A DNA stretch of 64,000 nt. Source: Thermodesulfobacteriota bacterium. GTDB taxonomy: Bacteria; Desulfobacterota_D; UBA1144; Nemesobacterales; Mycalebacteriaceae. Below the pieces are notes generated by a model. It worked only from the letters and a program-made list of their open reading frames with translations, had not been told where the DNA came from and ran no database searches. The stretch spans positions 160,001 to 224,000 of the forward strand of contig CBDAQI010000001.1 in NCBI GenBank assembly GCA_965198945.1, read 5' to 3'. Shown here one piece after another: positions 31,122 to 41,377 of this stretch. The stretch's first letter is position 1; each line of letters opens with the position of its first letter. The translations under genes were made by a program, and so were the position numbers.

Positions 31122-32195
31122 ATGGAGAGCACCATTCAAGCATTTTCGGGAACCAGAAAAATTCCCATAACAGTAATAACGGGCTTTCTCGGAGCCGGAA
31201 AAACCACAATTGTCCGCAATTTGCTCACGCAGACCGGCGGACGCCGCATTACCGTTATTGTCAATGAATTCGGTGATGTGGGGATTGACGGTGAAATTAT
31301 CCGCTCATCCTGCGGTTGCGAGGAAGGGGAAATTGTTGAGCTCAGCAACGGGTGCCTCTGTTGCACGGTTCAGGAAGAGTTTCTGCCGACCATGACGAAG
31401 CTTGCCGAAAGAAAAGAAGATATTGACCATATCGTAATTGAAACCTCCGGGCTTGCCCTTCCGAAACCGCTTGTCCGTGCCGTTAATTGGCCCGGTTTGA
31501 AACCGCATTTTTCGGTGGATTCGGTCATTGCTGTTGTTGACGCCGCAGGCGCCGCGACGGGCGAAATATGCGACAGAAAAAGGGTTCAGTCCCAGCGTGA
31601 GGCGGATGATTCGCTTGATCATGAAACTCCGATAGAAGAGCTTTTTTCAGACCAGCTTTCGTGCGCCGATATGGTTATTTTGAATAAAACCGATCTTGTT
31701 GAAGAAAATAAAATCAGTGAAATTGAAGCCCTTTTAAGGGACGGAATGAAACGGGGTGCGGCGGTCGTGAACGCCACGATGGGCAATATTCCCGCCGATG
31801 TCCTGCTTGGAATCGGAGCCGCCGCCGAGGATGATTTGGATTCAAGACACTCGGCACATGAGCGGCATCACGAAAACGGGCTGGACCATGAGCACGATGA
31901 GGATATTGATTCCGTTGTTGTGGAAATTAAATTTGACGCTTCCCCTGAAAAACTTCTGGACGCTCTGAAAAAAACGGTTCGGGAACATGAAATTTACAGA
32001 ATAAAAGGTTTTATGAAAGTTTCAGGCAAGCGGATGAGAATGCTTGTCCAGGGAGTGGGCGGGAGATTTGACACATATTTTGACAGACCCTGGCGCGAAG
32101 ACGAAACTGCGCGAACCCGTCTGGTTTTTATAGGAAGAAATCTTTCTCCTTTAAATCTCGGTGAAGTTGTGGAAAAAAATCTGGCGCGCATCTGA
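31122..32195 (+). CDS. cobW: Cobalamin biosynthesis GTPase CobW (COG0523)
   Basis: TGFLGAGKTT, VNEFG, GCLCCTV, IETSGLALPKPL, DHETP, His-rich linker. Confidence 0.95.
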   Translation: MESTIQAFSGTRKIPITVITGFLGAGKTTIVRNLLTQTGGRRITVIVNEFGDVGIDGEIIRSSCGCEEGEIVELSNGCLCCTVQEEFLPTMTKLAERKEDIDHIVIETSGLALPKPLVRAVNWPGLKPHFSVDSVIAVVDAAGAATGEICDRKRVQSQREADDSLDHETPIEELFSDQLSCADMVILNKTDLVEENKISEIEALLRDGMKRGAAVVNATMGNIPADVLLGIGAAAEDDLDSRHSAHERHHENGLDHEHDEDIDSVVVEIKFDASPEKLLDALKKTVREHEIYRIKGFMKVSGKRMRMLVQGVGGRFDTYFDRPWREDETARTRLVFIGRNLSPLNLGEVVEKNLARI

Positions 32196-32213
32196 TTTTT
32201 GTTTTTATAAAAA

Positions 32214-35200
32214 ATGCACCTCATAGCGACCATACCGGGAGGGTGGAATCCCGGAGATGACGGGGTTTTTTTCATAGACCAGACTCCCGGGGATATTGTT
32301 TTTCTGTCCGCGGCTGACAGCGATATTTTCTGTCTTAATTCGGCATACAGGAAAATTTGTTCCAAGGCGGAAACCGCCCCTTCCTTGCGGATGGCAAACC
32401 TTTCATATCTTAAACGTGAGCTTTCCGTGGACGAATACGTTGACTCTGTGGTTAGTTCCTCACGTCTTATAGTTGCGAGGATGCTCGGAGGAAAAAATTA
32501 TTATCCGTATCTCTGTGATTCCCTCGCCGCCGAGTGTGGAAAAAATAAAACTCCGCTGATTTTTCTGCCCGGAGATGACAGCGCTGATATTGAACTTATG
32601 TCTCTGTCGACTGTCAACCGGAGTGTTTTGAAAAAATCCCTGGATTATTTTTCCTCGGGAGGGACGGGGAATTATGAAAACTTTCTGAAATTTATCCTGA
32701 ATTATTTTTTCGGCTTTTCCTTTACGGTGAAAAATCCCGAAAAAATGCCTGATATTTTTCTGAGAGATATTTCAAAGGAAAATTCTCCTGATGGGAAAGT
32801 CCTTGCAAAAGCGGCGATTCTCGCATACAGAAGCCATTTTCTGTCAGGCAATATTTTCCCCATTGAAAAATTTGCCGAAAAGCTCCGTCTGTGCGGTTTT
32901 GACCCCAAAGTGGTTTTTGTAAAAAGCCTGAGGGAATCCGGAGACATTGCCGCGCTGTCGGAATTTTTTCCGGACGGCGAATTTGATTTGATATTCAACA
33001 CCACGAGTTTTTCCATCAAAAGCGGGTTTGATGACGGAGATTTTATTTTTGAAAAATTGAAAATACCGGTTTTTCAGACAATTTTCGCCTCGTGCACACG
33101 CGAAATATGGAGTGAAAATCTTTTCGGACTTTCCCCGACTGATGTGGCGATAAACATATCTCTTCCGGAAATGGACGGGAAGATTGACGCCGGTCCGGTT
33201 TCTTTCAAAAATGTTGAAAAAAAAGACCCCCGGACTGACTCTGAAATAGTGAGGTATTTTCCATATGAGGAGGGCTGTGAGCGCGCCGCTCTTCTCGGAC
33301 GGCGGTGGTTTGACCTTTCCCGCAAGAAAAATTCCGAGAAGAAAATAGCGGTGATAATGCCCAATTATCCGTCCCGGGACGGCAGGCTTGCAAACGGCGT
33401 TGGTCTGGACACCCCGGAGAGCTGCGTCCGGATTCTCAAAAATCTAGACGCTTCGGGATACGAGCTCGGAGAAAACTTTCCGCGTTCAGGGGCGGAACTG
33501 ATAGAAATTCTGTCTCAGAGGATTACAAACGACCCGGATTTTATGGATGTGAGGGATTGTGAGGCTTTTCTTCCTTTCGGACGGTTTTCAGAATATTTCC
33601 AAAAACTTTCCGAACAGGTGCGGGCCCGTCTCCGTGCGCATTGGGGAAACCCCGAAGACGACGCGCATATAAGAGACGGGGCTTTTCCGTTGCCCGGTGT
33701 TTTGTTCGGCAATGTATTTGTTTCAATACAGCCCGAACGCGGATACGGGCAGGATGCAAAAGCGGTTTACCATTCGCCTGATATTCCGCCTCCTTTCCGC
33801 TACCTTGCTTTCTATTTCTGGCTCTCGCACGGCTTTCGCGCAGATGCCGTTATCCATCTAGGAAAGCACGGCAATCTTGAGTGGCTGCCGGGCAAAAGCG
33901 TTGCTCTTGACCCCGCAACCTGCTTTCCGGAAGCGCTTTTTCCGCCGGTTCCTCATCTCTATCCTTTCATAGTGAACGATCCCGGTGAAGGGTCTCAGGC
34001 GAAAAGACGCTCGCACGCCGTGATTATAGACCATCTTGTCCCGCCATTGACACGCGCCGAGGGTTATGGGGACTATTTGCAGCTTGAACAACTTATGGAT
34101 GAATACTATCAGGCTTGGGGGCTTGATCCGCCCAGGGCGGATTTTCTCAAAGGCAAGATACACCAAATGGCGGCTGAAAACCGTTTGTATGAAGACCTCA
34201 ACTGTTCCCCTGATGACCCTGATGCGATTCTGTCTTGCCTGGATTCCTACCTGTGTGAGATAAAGGAGTCTCAAATACGCGGCGGTCTTCACATATTGGG
34301 GCGGTGTCCGGAAGGGGAAGCGCTTGCAGACCTTGTGGTCGCTCTTCACAGAGTTCCCCGGCCGGGGCGGGTGGGAATAACACAGTCTCTCGCGGAAGAT
34401 ATGGGGCTCGGTTTTGATCCTCTTGACTGCGATTATGGCGGGCGGTTCGGAGCGGCCGTTGCGGGCAGGGAGTGCAGAACCGTGGGCGCGGCGGTTGAAG
34501 CCATTGAGCTGATGGCGAAGAAAGACACGTTGCGCGCTGTTGAAACCGGTTCTTTAGAACACATTGATGAAGGACGGTTTCCAAAGTTTCTCTCCGTTCT
34601 AAAGACCGCGCTTTCAGTTACGGTTCCGAGTTTAATACGCTGCTCTGATGAAATTGAAAACCTGCTTGCCGGTCTGGAGGGGCGTTATGTTCCGTCCGGT
34701 CCTTCGGGAGCTCCGACAAGGGGCAGACCCGAAATTCTTCCCACCGGCAGGAACTTTCATTCAATTGACACGAGAGGGCTGCCGACACCTTCCGCATATG
34801 CGCTCGGAGTCAAAAGCGCTTCGGCCCTTATTGAAAGACATCTTCAGGAAAACGGCGCTTATCCGGACACGGTCGGCATTTCGGTTTGGGGAACATCAAC
34901 AATGCGTACCGGGGGAGATGACATTGCGCAGGCTTTTGCGCTTCTGGGTTTGCGTCCCGTCTGGCGCGGGGAGAGCGGAAGGGTTGCGGATTTTGAAGTT
35001 CTTTCACTCGCAGAACTGAAGAGACCGAGGGTGGATGTCGTGCTGCGCATATCGGGTTTTTTCAGAGACGCTTTTCCGGATCTCATATCGCTCTTTAACT
35101 CCGCAGTTGAAAAAGTGGCGCTGATGGATGATGAACCGGACGACCTCAACCCCGTCAAAAGACTTTACATGCGCGAGAAATCTGAGTTGATGAGAACCGG

Positions 35201-35945
35201 GACTGAAGAAGAGACCGCCCGAAGACTTTCTCTCTACAGAGTTTTCGGGTCAAAGCCCGGCTCTTACGGGGCGGGGCTCCAATCGGCGATAGATTCAAAA
35301 AACTGGAGCGGACATGAAGACCTTGCGGCCATATATCTAAACTGGAGCGGATACGCCTACGGTAAAGACGGACCCTCCGCCGCGCCGGACGCTTTTCGCC
35401 GCCGCCTTGTCCTCATGGACATTGTTGTCCAGAATCAGGACAACCGCGAGCACGATATTCTGGATTCCGATGACTATTATCAGTTTCACGGCGGCATGGC
35501 CAACGCCGTGCGTGTGGAAAGGGGAAGCATGCCCGCGGTCTATTTCGGTGACAACTCAAGGCCCGAAAATCCAAAAGTCAAAACATTGAAGGAGGAGATT
35601 TTGAAGGTTTACCGCTCGCGCGTTGTAAATCCGAAATGGATTGAGGGCATGAGGCGGCACGGATACAAGGGCGCTTTTGAGATTGCGGCAACGGTGGACT
35701 ATCTGTTCGGTTATGACGCCACCACGGGGGTTGTGGAGGATTTTGTTTACGAAGGTGTGGCGCAGGCGTATCTTTTTGATGAAGGTAATTTAGAGTTTCT
35801 CAAAACAAGCAACCCGCGGGCTGCGGCTGAGATGGCCGAAAGGATGCTTGAAGCGGCGCAGCGCGGCCTCTGGAAAAACCCCGCCTCGGAGACCGTTGAA
35901 AAGCTGAAAAAGGTTTTCACCGAAGCCGAAGCGGTTACGGAATGA
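32214..35945 (+). CDS. cobN: Cobaltochelatase large subunit
   Basis: PEMDG, NYP, HLGKHGNLEWLPGK, NDPGEG.QAKRR, LPTGRNF, RISGFFRDAF, DSDDYYQFHGG, NPKWIEGM. Confidence 0.97.
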   Translation: MHLIATIPGGWNPGDDGVFFIDQTPGDIVFLSAADSDIFCLNSAYRKICSKAETAPSLRMANLSYLKRELSVDEYVDSVVSSSRLIVARMLGGKNYYPYLCDSLAAECGKNKTPLIFLPGDDSADIELMSLSTVNRSVLKKSLDYFSSGGTGNYENFLKFILNYFFGFSFTVKNPEKMPDIFLRDISKENSPDGKVLAKAAILAYRSHFLSGNIFPIEKFAEKLRLCGFDPKVVFVKSLRESGDIAALSEFFPDGEFDLIFNTTSFSIKSGFDDGDFIFEKLKIPVFQTIFASCTREIWSENLFGLSPTDVAINISLPEMDGKIDAGPVSFKNVEKKDPRTDSEIVRYFPYEEGCERAALLGRRWFDLSRKKNSEKKIAVIMPNYPSRDGRLANGVGLDTPESCVRILKNLDASGYELGENFPRSGAELIEILSQRITNDPDFMDVRDCEAFLPFGRFSEYFQKLSEQVRARLRAHWGNPEDDAHIRDGAFPLPGVLFGNVFVSIQPERGYGQDAKAVYHSPDIPPPFRYLAFYFWLSHGFRADAVIHLGKHGNLEWLPGKSVALDPATCFPEALFPPVPHLYPFIVNDPGEGSQAKRRSHAVIIDHLVPPLTRAEGYGDYLQLEQLMDEYYQAWGLDPPRADFLKGKIHQMAAENRLYEDLNCSPDDPDAILSCLDSYLCEIKESQIRGGLHILGRCPEGEALADLVVALHRVPRPGRVGITQSLAEDMGLGFDPLDCDYGGRFGAAVAGRECRTVGAAVEAIELMAKKDTLRAVETGSLEHIDEGRFPKFLSVLKTALSVTVPSLIRCSDEIENLLAGLEGRYVPSGPSGAPTRGRPEILPTGRNFHSIDTRGLPTPSAYALGVKSASALIERHLQENGAYPDTVGISVWGTSTMRTGGDDIAQAFALLGLRPVWRGESGRVADFEVLSLAELKRPRVDVVLRISGFFRDAFPDLISLFNSAVEKVALMDDEPDDLNPVKRLYMREKSELMRTGTEEETARRLSLYRVFGSKPGSYGAGLQSAIDSKNWSGHEDLAAIYLNWSGYAYGKDGPSAAPDAFRRRLVLMDIVVQNQDNREHDILDSDDYYQFHGGMANAVRVERGSMPAVYFGDNSRPENPKVKTLKEEILKVYRSRVVNPKWIEGMRRHGYKGAFEIAATVDYLFGYDATTGVVEDFVYEGVAQAYLFDEGNLEFLKTSNPRAAAEMAERMLEAAQRGLWKNPASETVEKLKKVFTEAEAVTE

Positions 35946-36009
35946 AAAGTCCGCCGTTTTCAAATTCTTTCAATTGCTGTTAGGATGAAGCCCGAAGGGC
36001 AAGCGTCTT

Positions 36010-37017
36010 ATGAATATAGCGGTTATCGGATACGGATACTGGGGTCCCAATATGGCGCGTAATTTTGCGTCTTTTGACGGGACGGAGCTGAAATATGTCT
36101 GTGATTCCCGTCCGGGGGTCTTGGAAAAAGCCCGCAGAAATCACCCGTTTGTTTCCGTTACGGAAAACTTTGACGACATTCTAAAAGACGGTTCGGTTGA
36201 TGCCGTGTGCATTACCACACCGGCCGCGACGCATGCGGAGCTTTCTCTGAAGGCTCTCAGCTCCGGCAGGCACGTTCTTGTTGAAAAACCGATGGCCATG
36301 AGTTCCGCAGAATGCGCGGAAATGGCCGAAGAGGCCGAAAAGCGCAGTCTCACCCTGATGGTTGACCACACTTTTGCCTACTCAGGCGCGGTTCGTAAAC
36401 TGGCGGAAATTTCATCGGACGGGTCGCTGGGAAATCTGTATTACTTTGATTCCGTACGAATCAATCTGGGCATTGTTCAGTCCGATGTGAATGTTCTTTG
36501 GGATTTGGCTGTTCATGACCTTTCAATACTCTTTCAAGTCAGTGATGAATGCCCGTTTGCGGTCTCCGCATCCGGGGTTTCACACATTGAGAGCAAGCCC
36601 GTTGACACGGCATACCTGACACTGCATTACAACTCGTCTTTTATCGCGCATGTTCATGTGAGTTGGCTTGCGCCCGTGAAGATCCGGCACACAACGGTTG
36701 CCGGAGACATAAAAATGGCAATATACGATGACACCCAGTCGGTGGAGAAACTGAAGGTCTACGACATGGGAATTGATACGAATTCTTCAGGTGAAAAAGA
36801 TAAAAACAGGCTTCTTGTTGAATACCGCGCCGGTGACATCCATTCTCCGAAACTTGATTCTTCCGAGCCGCTTTCCCTTGTTACGCAGGAGTTTTACAAC
36901 TCCGTTTGTAGTGGCAGAAAACCGCTGACGGATTCGGAAGCCGGAATGCGGATTGTCCGAATCCTTGAGGCCGCCGACATGTCAATAAAAAGAGACGGGG
37001 AGAGGGTTTTACTCTGA
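36010..37017 (+). CDS. Gfo/Idh/MocA family oxidoreductase (nucleotide-sugar 3-dehydrogenase-like)
   Basis: GYGYWGPN, VEKP, DLAVHD. Confidence 0.9.
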   Translation: MNIAVIGYGYWGPNMARNFASFDGTELKYVCDSRPGVLEKARRNHPFVSVTENFDDILKDGSVDAVCITTPAATHAELSLKALSSGRHVLVEKPMAMSSAECAEMAEEAEKRSLTLMVDHTFAYSGAVRKLAEISSDGSLGNLYYFDSVRINLGIVQSDVNVLWDLAVHDLSILFQVSDECPFAVSASGVSHIESKPVDTAYLTLHYNSSFIAHVHVSWLAPVKIRHTTVAGDIKMAIYDDTQSVEKLKVYDMGIDTNSSGEKDKNRLLVEYRAGDIHSPKLDSSEPLSLVTQEFYNSVCSGRKPLTDSEAGMRIVRILEAADMSIKRDGERVLL

Positions 37018-38132
37018 AAAACAAAATCGTAAAAGGTGTTCCTTTTCTTGACCTTGCGGCGCAGCACCGTCCCATTGAGGGCGAGATAAAACGTGCTCTG
37101 GGCGGAGTTGTGGATTCCGGTTCATTTATTCTGGGGCCTGAAGTTGCTGCTTTTGAGGAAAGATTTGCCGCCTTTACCGACACGCGCCATGCCGTTTGCG
37201 TCAACAGTGGAACAAGCGCTCTACATCTTGCGCTTCTTGCCGCCGGGATCAGCCCGGGCGATGAGGTTATTGTTCCCGCGATGACTTTTATAGCAACCGC
37301 GATGGCGGCGACATATATCGGTGCAAAACCGGTTTGTGTTGATGTTGACAAATTCTGCACGATGGATGCGGAAACCCTTAAGGCCGCGATTACTCCAAAA
37401 ACGAAAGCCATAATGCCCGTTCACCTTTACGGACAGCCGGCTGATATGGACTCAATAACAAAAATTGCGGATGAACATGGAATAGCCGTCATTGAAGACG
37501 CGGCCCAGGCTCACGGGGCTGTCTATAAAGGTCGCAGGTGCGGAAGTCTCGGACTTGCGGCGGCATGGAGTTTTTATCCGGGAAAAAATCTCGGCGCGCT
37601 AGGTGAGGGTGGGGCGGTTACAACAAACGATTCGGAAATAGCCGAGAAGTGCAGAATCTTGCGCGACTGGGGTCAGCGTTCCAAAGGGGAACATGCTGAA
37701 AAAGGGTTTAACTACAGAATGGACGGTTTTCAGGGCGCCGTGCTCGGCGTTAAACTCGGGTATCTGGAAGATTGGACGGAAATGCGAATATCCGCCGCTC
37801 AAATCTACCATGAAAAGCTTTCGGGCATCAGCGGGGTTGAAATTCCGCCCGAAAGAGACTATGTCCGCTGTGTGTGGCATATTTTTGCGGCAATGGTGGA
37901 AAACAGGGAAAAAGTCGCCGCGGCAATGCGCTCTGCGGACATAGGGGTTTCAATCCACTATCCGAGCGCGGTTCACCTCCATCCGTGTTATAAGGAACTT
38001 GGCTATAAAAAGGGAGATTTTCCCAATGCTGAAGGAATCGCCGCAAATGAACTTTCTCTGCCGATGTTTCCAGGCATAACACGCGAGCAGGTTCAGAAGG
38101 TTGTGGATACACTTTCTGAAGCGGTTAAGTAA
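37014..38132 (+). CDS. DegT/DnrJ/EryC1/StrS sugar aminotransferase
   Basis: VPFLDL upstream of the called start, NSGTSAL, PVHLYGQ, EDAAQAHG, SFYPGKNLGALGEGG. Probable CTG start at 37014. Confidence 0.92.
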   Translation: MKNKIVKGVPFLDLAAQHRPIEGEIKRALGGVVDSGSFILGPEVAAFEERFAAFTDTRHAVCVNSGTSALHLALLAAGISPGDEVIVPAMTFIATAMAATYIGAKPVCVDVDKFCTMDAETLKAAITPKTKAIMPVHLYGQPADMDSITKIADEHGIAVIEDAAQAHGAVYKGRRCGSLGLAAAWSFYPGKNLGALGEGGAVTTNDSEIAEKCRILRDWGQRSKGEHAEKGFNYRMDGFQGAVLGVKLGYLEDWTEMRISAAQIYHEKLSGISGVEIPPERDYVRCVWHIFAAMVENREKVAAAMRSADIGVSIHYPSAVHLHPCYKELGYKKGDFPNAEGIAANELSLPMFPGITREQVQKVVDTLSEAVK

Positions 38133-38180
38133 GGAAATGTTCTTAAGGTTTACCGGTTTTTGCGAGGAAAAAGACGGAAG

Positions 38181-39476
38181 ATGTTCAGTCTAAAAACAAA
38201 ATTGAACATCGCAAGAGCTTTTATCACAAAGAACCGCCCGTTTTATATTCAATACTACATTCTTTCGCGGTGTAATCTTAACTGCAGGCAGTGCAACATA
38301 GTTGAGGGAAACTCAGACCTTAAGGATGCCGGGCTTGCGGAAATTGAAAAGATGGCGGAGAACCTGCGGAAAATCGGCGCCGGTGTTGTACTTTTGACCG
38401 GCGGAGAGCCGTTTTTGCGCAAGGATATTCACGAAATCGTTAAAATACTTGTTGACCAGGGTTTGAGTCCGAGGCTTCAAACCGCCGGTTTTCAAACAAC
38501 AAGGAAGCAGTTTGAACTCTGCAGGGAGGCGGGCGCAAACGATATTAATATCAGTCTGGATTCTCTGGTTCCCGAAAAACAGGAATATATAAACGGCGGA
38601 ATACCCAAATCATGGCATCGCGCCATTGAGTGCATTGTGGAATGCAATGAAGTGTTTGATTCGCCCGCCCGTATCTGCGCTTTCGGAACAGTTCTTTCCA
38701 AATTTAATTTTTTTGAAATTCCCGCGATTATTGAACTCGCGACTTACCTGGGCTGGTATGAATCGCTTGTTCCCGTGCACATCACGTCTCACGAAAATCC
38801 GATGAATTTTCGCGGTGTTGACGAGGAATTCAAATTCAATTTTCCCGATGATGGCCAAAAACTTGCGGAACTCAAAGAGACAATTCATAAAATGAAAAAA
38901 GGCGGTCACAACCTTTTTGATTCAAAGGCGTATCTTGATTCCTGTTTTTATTTTCTTGAGCACAACCGTCCGAACTGGCGCAAAAACAATGTTTGCGATT
39001 CACCCAATCTATATTTCGCCGTTCTGCCCAATCTGGACTTCGCCGTTTGTTGCGACCACCGCTATCAGGGCAGAGTAAACACGGCCAGCCGGGATTTTCC
39101 GGAGATTTTCAATTCCGCCGATTTCAGGAAAGAGGTTTTGAAGACGACAAAAGCCTGCGCCGGGTGCAATTTTGGAAGCTACCCTGAGGTGTCGCTTTCG
39201 GTGAGAAATTATGAGGCTTTCCGCGAAAGGGTTGCACATGTTCTTTTTCAGAAGAAAATCCCAGTTCCGAAAAGGAGCTTGAAGGAAGTTTATCAGTTTA
39301 TTGAGCACCTGAGAGAGGAACACGCGATTCCCGCTTACAAGTCGGTAAAGAAACCGAAACCGGGAGCGTTTTCCCAACGTTACGGTGACCCCGAATACAA
39401 ATCGCGTGGCTTCCAGACTGACAGAATAAAGCCTGTCTGGCGTGATGTAGTTTTAAAAAAAAGACTCAAAAAATGA
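38181..39476 (+). CDS. Radical SAM enzyme with a Twitch/SPASM-like auxiliary cluster domain
   Basis: CNLNCRQC, TGGEP, ISLDS; C-terminal C-x17-CC-x34-CAGC. Confidence 0.88.
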   Translation: MFSLKTKLNIARAFITKNRPFYIQYYILSRCNLNCRQCNIVEGNSDLKDAGLAEIEKMAENLRKIGAGVVLLTGGEPFLRKDIHEIVKILVDQGLSPRLQTAGFQTTRKQFELCREAGANDINISLDSLVPEKQEYINGGIPKSWHRAIECIVECNEVFDSPARICAFGTVLSKFNFFEIPAIIELATYLGWYESLVPVHITSHENPMNFRGVDEEFKFNFPDDGQKLAELKETIHKMKKGGHNLFDSKAYLDSCFYFLEHNRPNWRKNNVCDSPNLYFAVLPNLDFAVCCDHRYQGRVNTASRDFPEIFNSADFRKEVLKTTKACAGCNFGSYPEVSLSVRNYEAFRERVAHVLFQKKIPVPKRSLKEVYQFIEHLREEHAIPAYKSVKKPKPGAFSQRYGDPEYKSRGFQTDRIKPVWRDVVLKKRLKK

Positions 39477-39488
39477 TACTCTCAGTTT

Positions 39489-40211
39489 CTATTTGACGGC
39501 GATGGCTACCACATTCCAGCAGTAGCGTCTCAGGAAAGGAAATGATTTCAAAATCCAATTGTCAACCCTTTCCAATTTTTTGTATGTGGGCTCAATTTCC
39601 CTGTGATGAGTGACAACTCTTTTCCAATAACGGTCCGAATTGGGATGAATGCGGTCAACAAGAAAAAATTTGAGAAATATCCACAGTGAAAACAGCCAAG
39701 TCATTTTGAATTCAACCTTTGAGAACATATTTTCAAACAACTCAAGGTCTTCTATTGTTAACGGATGCTCGTCCTCCGTTCTCACTTTTGTTGCCATACT
39801 TCTGTATATGTTAATTGCTGGGTTGTGAGCCAGAGGATCCCAACTGGCGAATGTTCCGCCCGGCTTCAATACGCGGCTGCATTCTTTCAGGGTCTTTTCA
39901 ATGTCAACATGGTGAAGCAGATTTGCGGCGTAGACGATATCAAAACATTCATCTTCAGACGGAATTCGGTCGGCTGAAAATTTTAGCGTTTCTATGGAAA
40001 CACTGTGCTTTTCCGCTAGGTTGAGAGCGACTTTCAGCATCCCTTCGGATAAGTCTCCCGCTACGACGCTCGCTCCTTGCTTCGCCAAATAAACTGACGC
40101 CTCGCCCGCCCCGCAACCGAGCTCCAGAACCCTCTTGCCTTTAAGAGGAGGTAACTGTGAAATGATATGACGGTTTTCGGGGCAGGTGGCTACTTCAAAA
40201 GACTCGTCCAC
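39489..40211 (-). CDS. Class I SAM-dependent methyltransferase (N-terminus probably extends to ~40290)
   Basis: VLELGCGAG, LLHH, RVLKPGG; the upstream in-frame EEKFHDDWA is open. Confidence 0.88.
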   Translation of the reverse strand: MDESFEVATCPENRHIISQLPPLKGKRVLELGCGAGEASVYLAKQGASVVAGDLSEGMLKVALNLAEKHSVSIETLKFSADRIPSEDECFDIVYAANLLHHVDIEKTLKECSRVLKPGGTFASWDPLAHNPAINIYRSMATKVRTEDEHPLTIEDLELFENMFSKVEFKMTWLFSLWIFLKFFLVDRIHPNSDRYWKRVVTHHREIEPTYKKLERVDNWILKSFPFLRRYCWNVVAIAVK

Positions 40212-40248
40212 GAGGACTTCATCCAGATTTATTTGATTTGCCCAGTCG

Positions 40249-41256
40249 TCATGGAATTTTTCTTCTTTTTTCCGAATCCCTGAATCGTGTATTTTCGGTG
40301 CCCTCCAAATTATGGGTTTTGGTGGTTATGTAAAGCGGTCTTTTCTTTGCCTCTTCAAAAATTCTTCCAACGTATTCGCCAATTACGCCGAGAATTAAAA
40401 TCTGCACGCCGCTTAATGTTATTATTGAAATCAGCAGAGTTGTCAGTCCCGGAACGACTTTGTCAGTGAACAGATTCAGATATAAAATATACAACGCACC
40501 GGCAGACCCGAGAAATAAAAGAACAATTCCGATATAAGTCGCAACTTTAAGTGGAAAAGAAGAAAAGGAGAATATGGCATCCAGAGCAAAACTCAGCATT
40601 TTCCTGAAAGGATACTTTGTTTCCCCCGCGTAACGTTCCTCCCTATCGTAATCAAATGCCTCACTTTTGAAGCCGACCCACGGAACAAGACCGCGCATAA
40701 AACGGTGATTTTCACCCAAGCTTTGAACCGCCTGGACAACCTTTTTATTCATAACTCTGAAATCTCCGGTGTTCTCAGGAATATTCACTCGGCACAGCAG
40801 ACGGATCAAAAAATAAAACAGTTTTGCCGTCAGCCGTTTGAAAAGAGTTTCTCCAGCTCTTTGTTTCCGCCGTCCGTAAACAATGTCATTTCCGGCTTTG
40901 AGCCTTTCAACCATATGGATAATTAACTCCGGGGGGTCCTGAAGGTCTGAGTCCATAATTGCCACAAAGTCCGCCGAGGAGTAGTCCAAGCCGGCAGTAA
41001 GAGCCATCTGGTGGCCGAAGTTCCGGCTCAGGTGAACAACTTTTATCCATGAAAATCCTTCTTCCCCGGAATACAGCCCAAGTTTTTCCGTCGTTCCGTC
41101 AAAAGAGCCGTCATTTGCAAAAATTACACTTACATCAACGGCGGGTTTGAAGTTATTCCGAACCTTCTGAAGACGGCTGATCAGTTCGTCAACACACTCT
41201 TCTTCGTTGTAGATAGGAATGATTATGTCAAGGCTTTTTTCTTCTGGTTGTGGCAT
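40249..41256 (-). CDS. GT2 polyprenol-phosphate glycosyltransferase (GtrB/ArnC-like)
   Basis: IIPIYNEE, DGS.D, SRNFGHQ.A, DSDLQDPP, TGDFR, two C-terminal TMs, GEYVGRI. Confidence 0.92.
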   Translation of the reverse strand: MPQPEEKSLDIIIPIYNEEECVDELISRLQKVRNNFKPAVDVSVIFANDGSFDGTTEKLGLYSGEEGFSWIKVVHLSRNFGHQMALTAGLDYSSADFVAIMDSDLQDPPELIIHMVERLKAGNDIVYGRRKQRAGETLFKRLTAKLFYFLIRLLCRVNIPENTGDFRVMNKKVVQAVQSLGENHRFMRGLVPWVGFKSEAFDYDREERYAGETKYPFRKMLSFALDAIFSFSSFPLKVATYIGIVLLFLGSAGALYILYLNLFTDKVVPGLTTLLISIITLSGVQILILGVIGEYVGRIFEEAKKRPLYITTKTHNLEGTENTRFRDSEKRRKIP

Positions 41257-41377
41257 TCTTAACTTTTTCTCCTTTGCGGTTGCATCTGCGGAATTGCTGA
41301 CGCCTGCGAACAAAACAATACAGACCTCAGGTGCCGCTTACAAATATCCGAAGCCCCAACCCACTCTCTTAAGAGAG

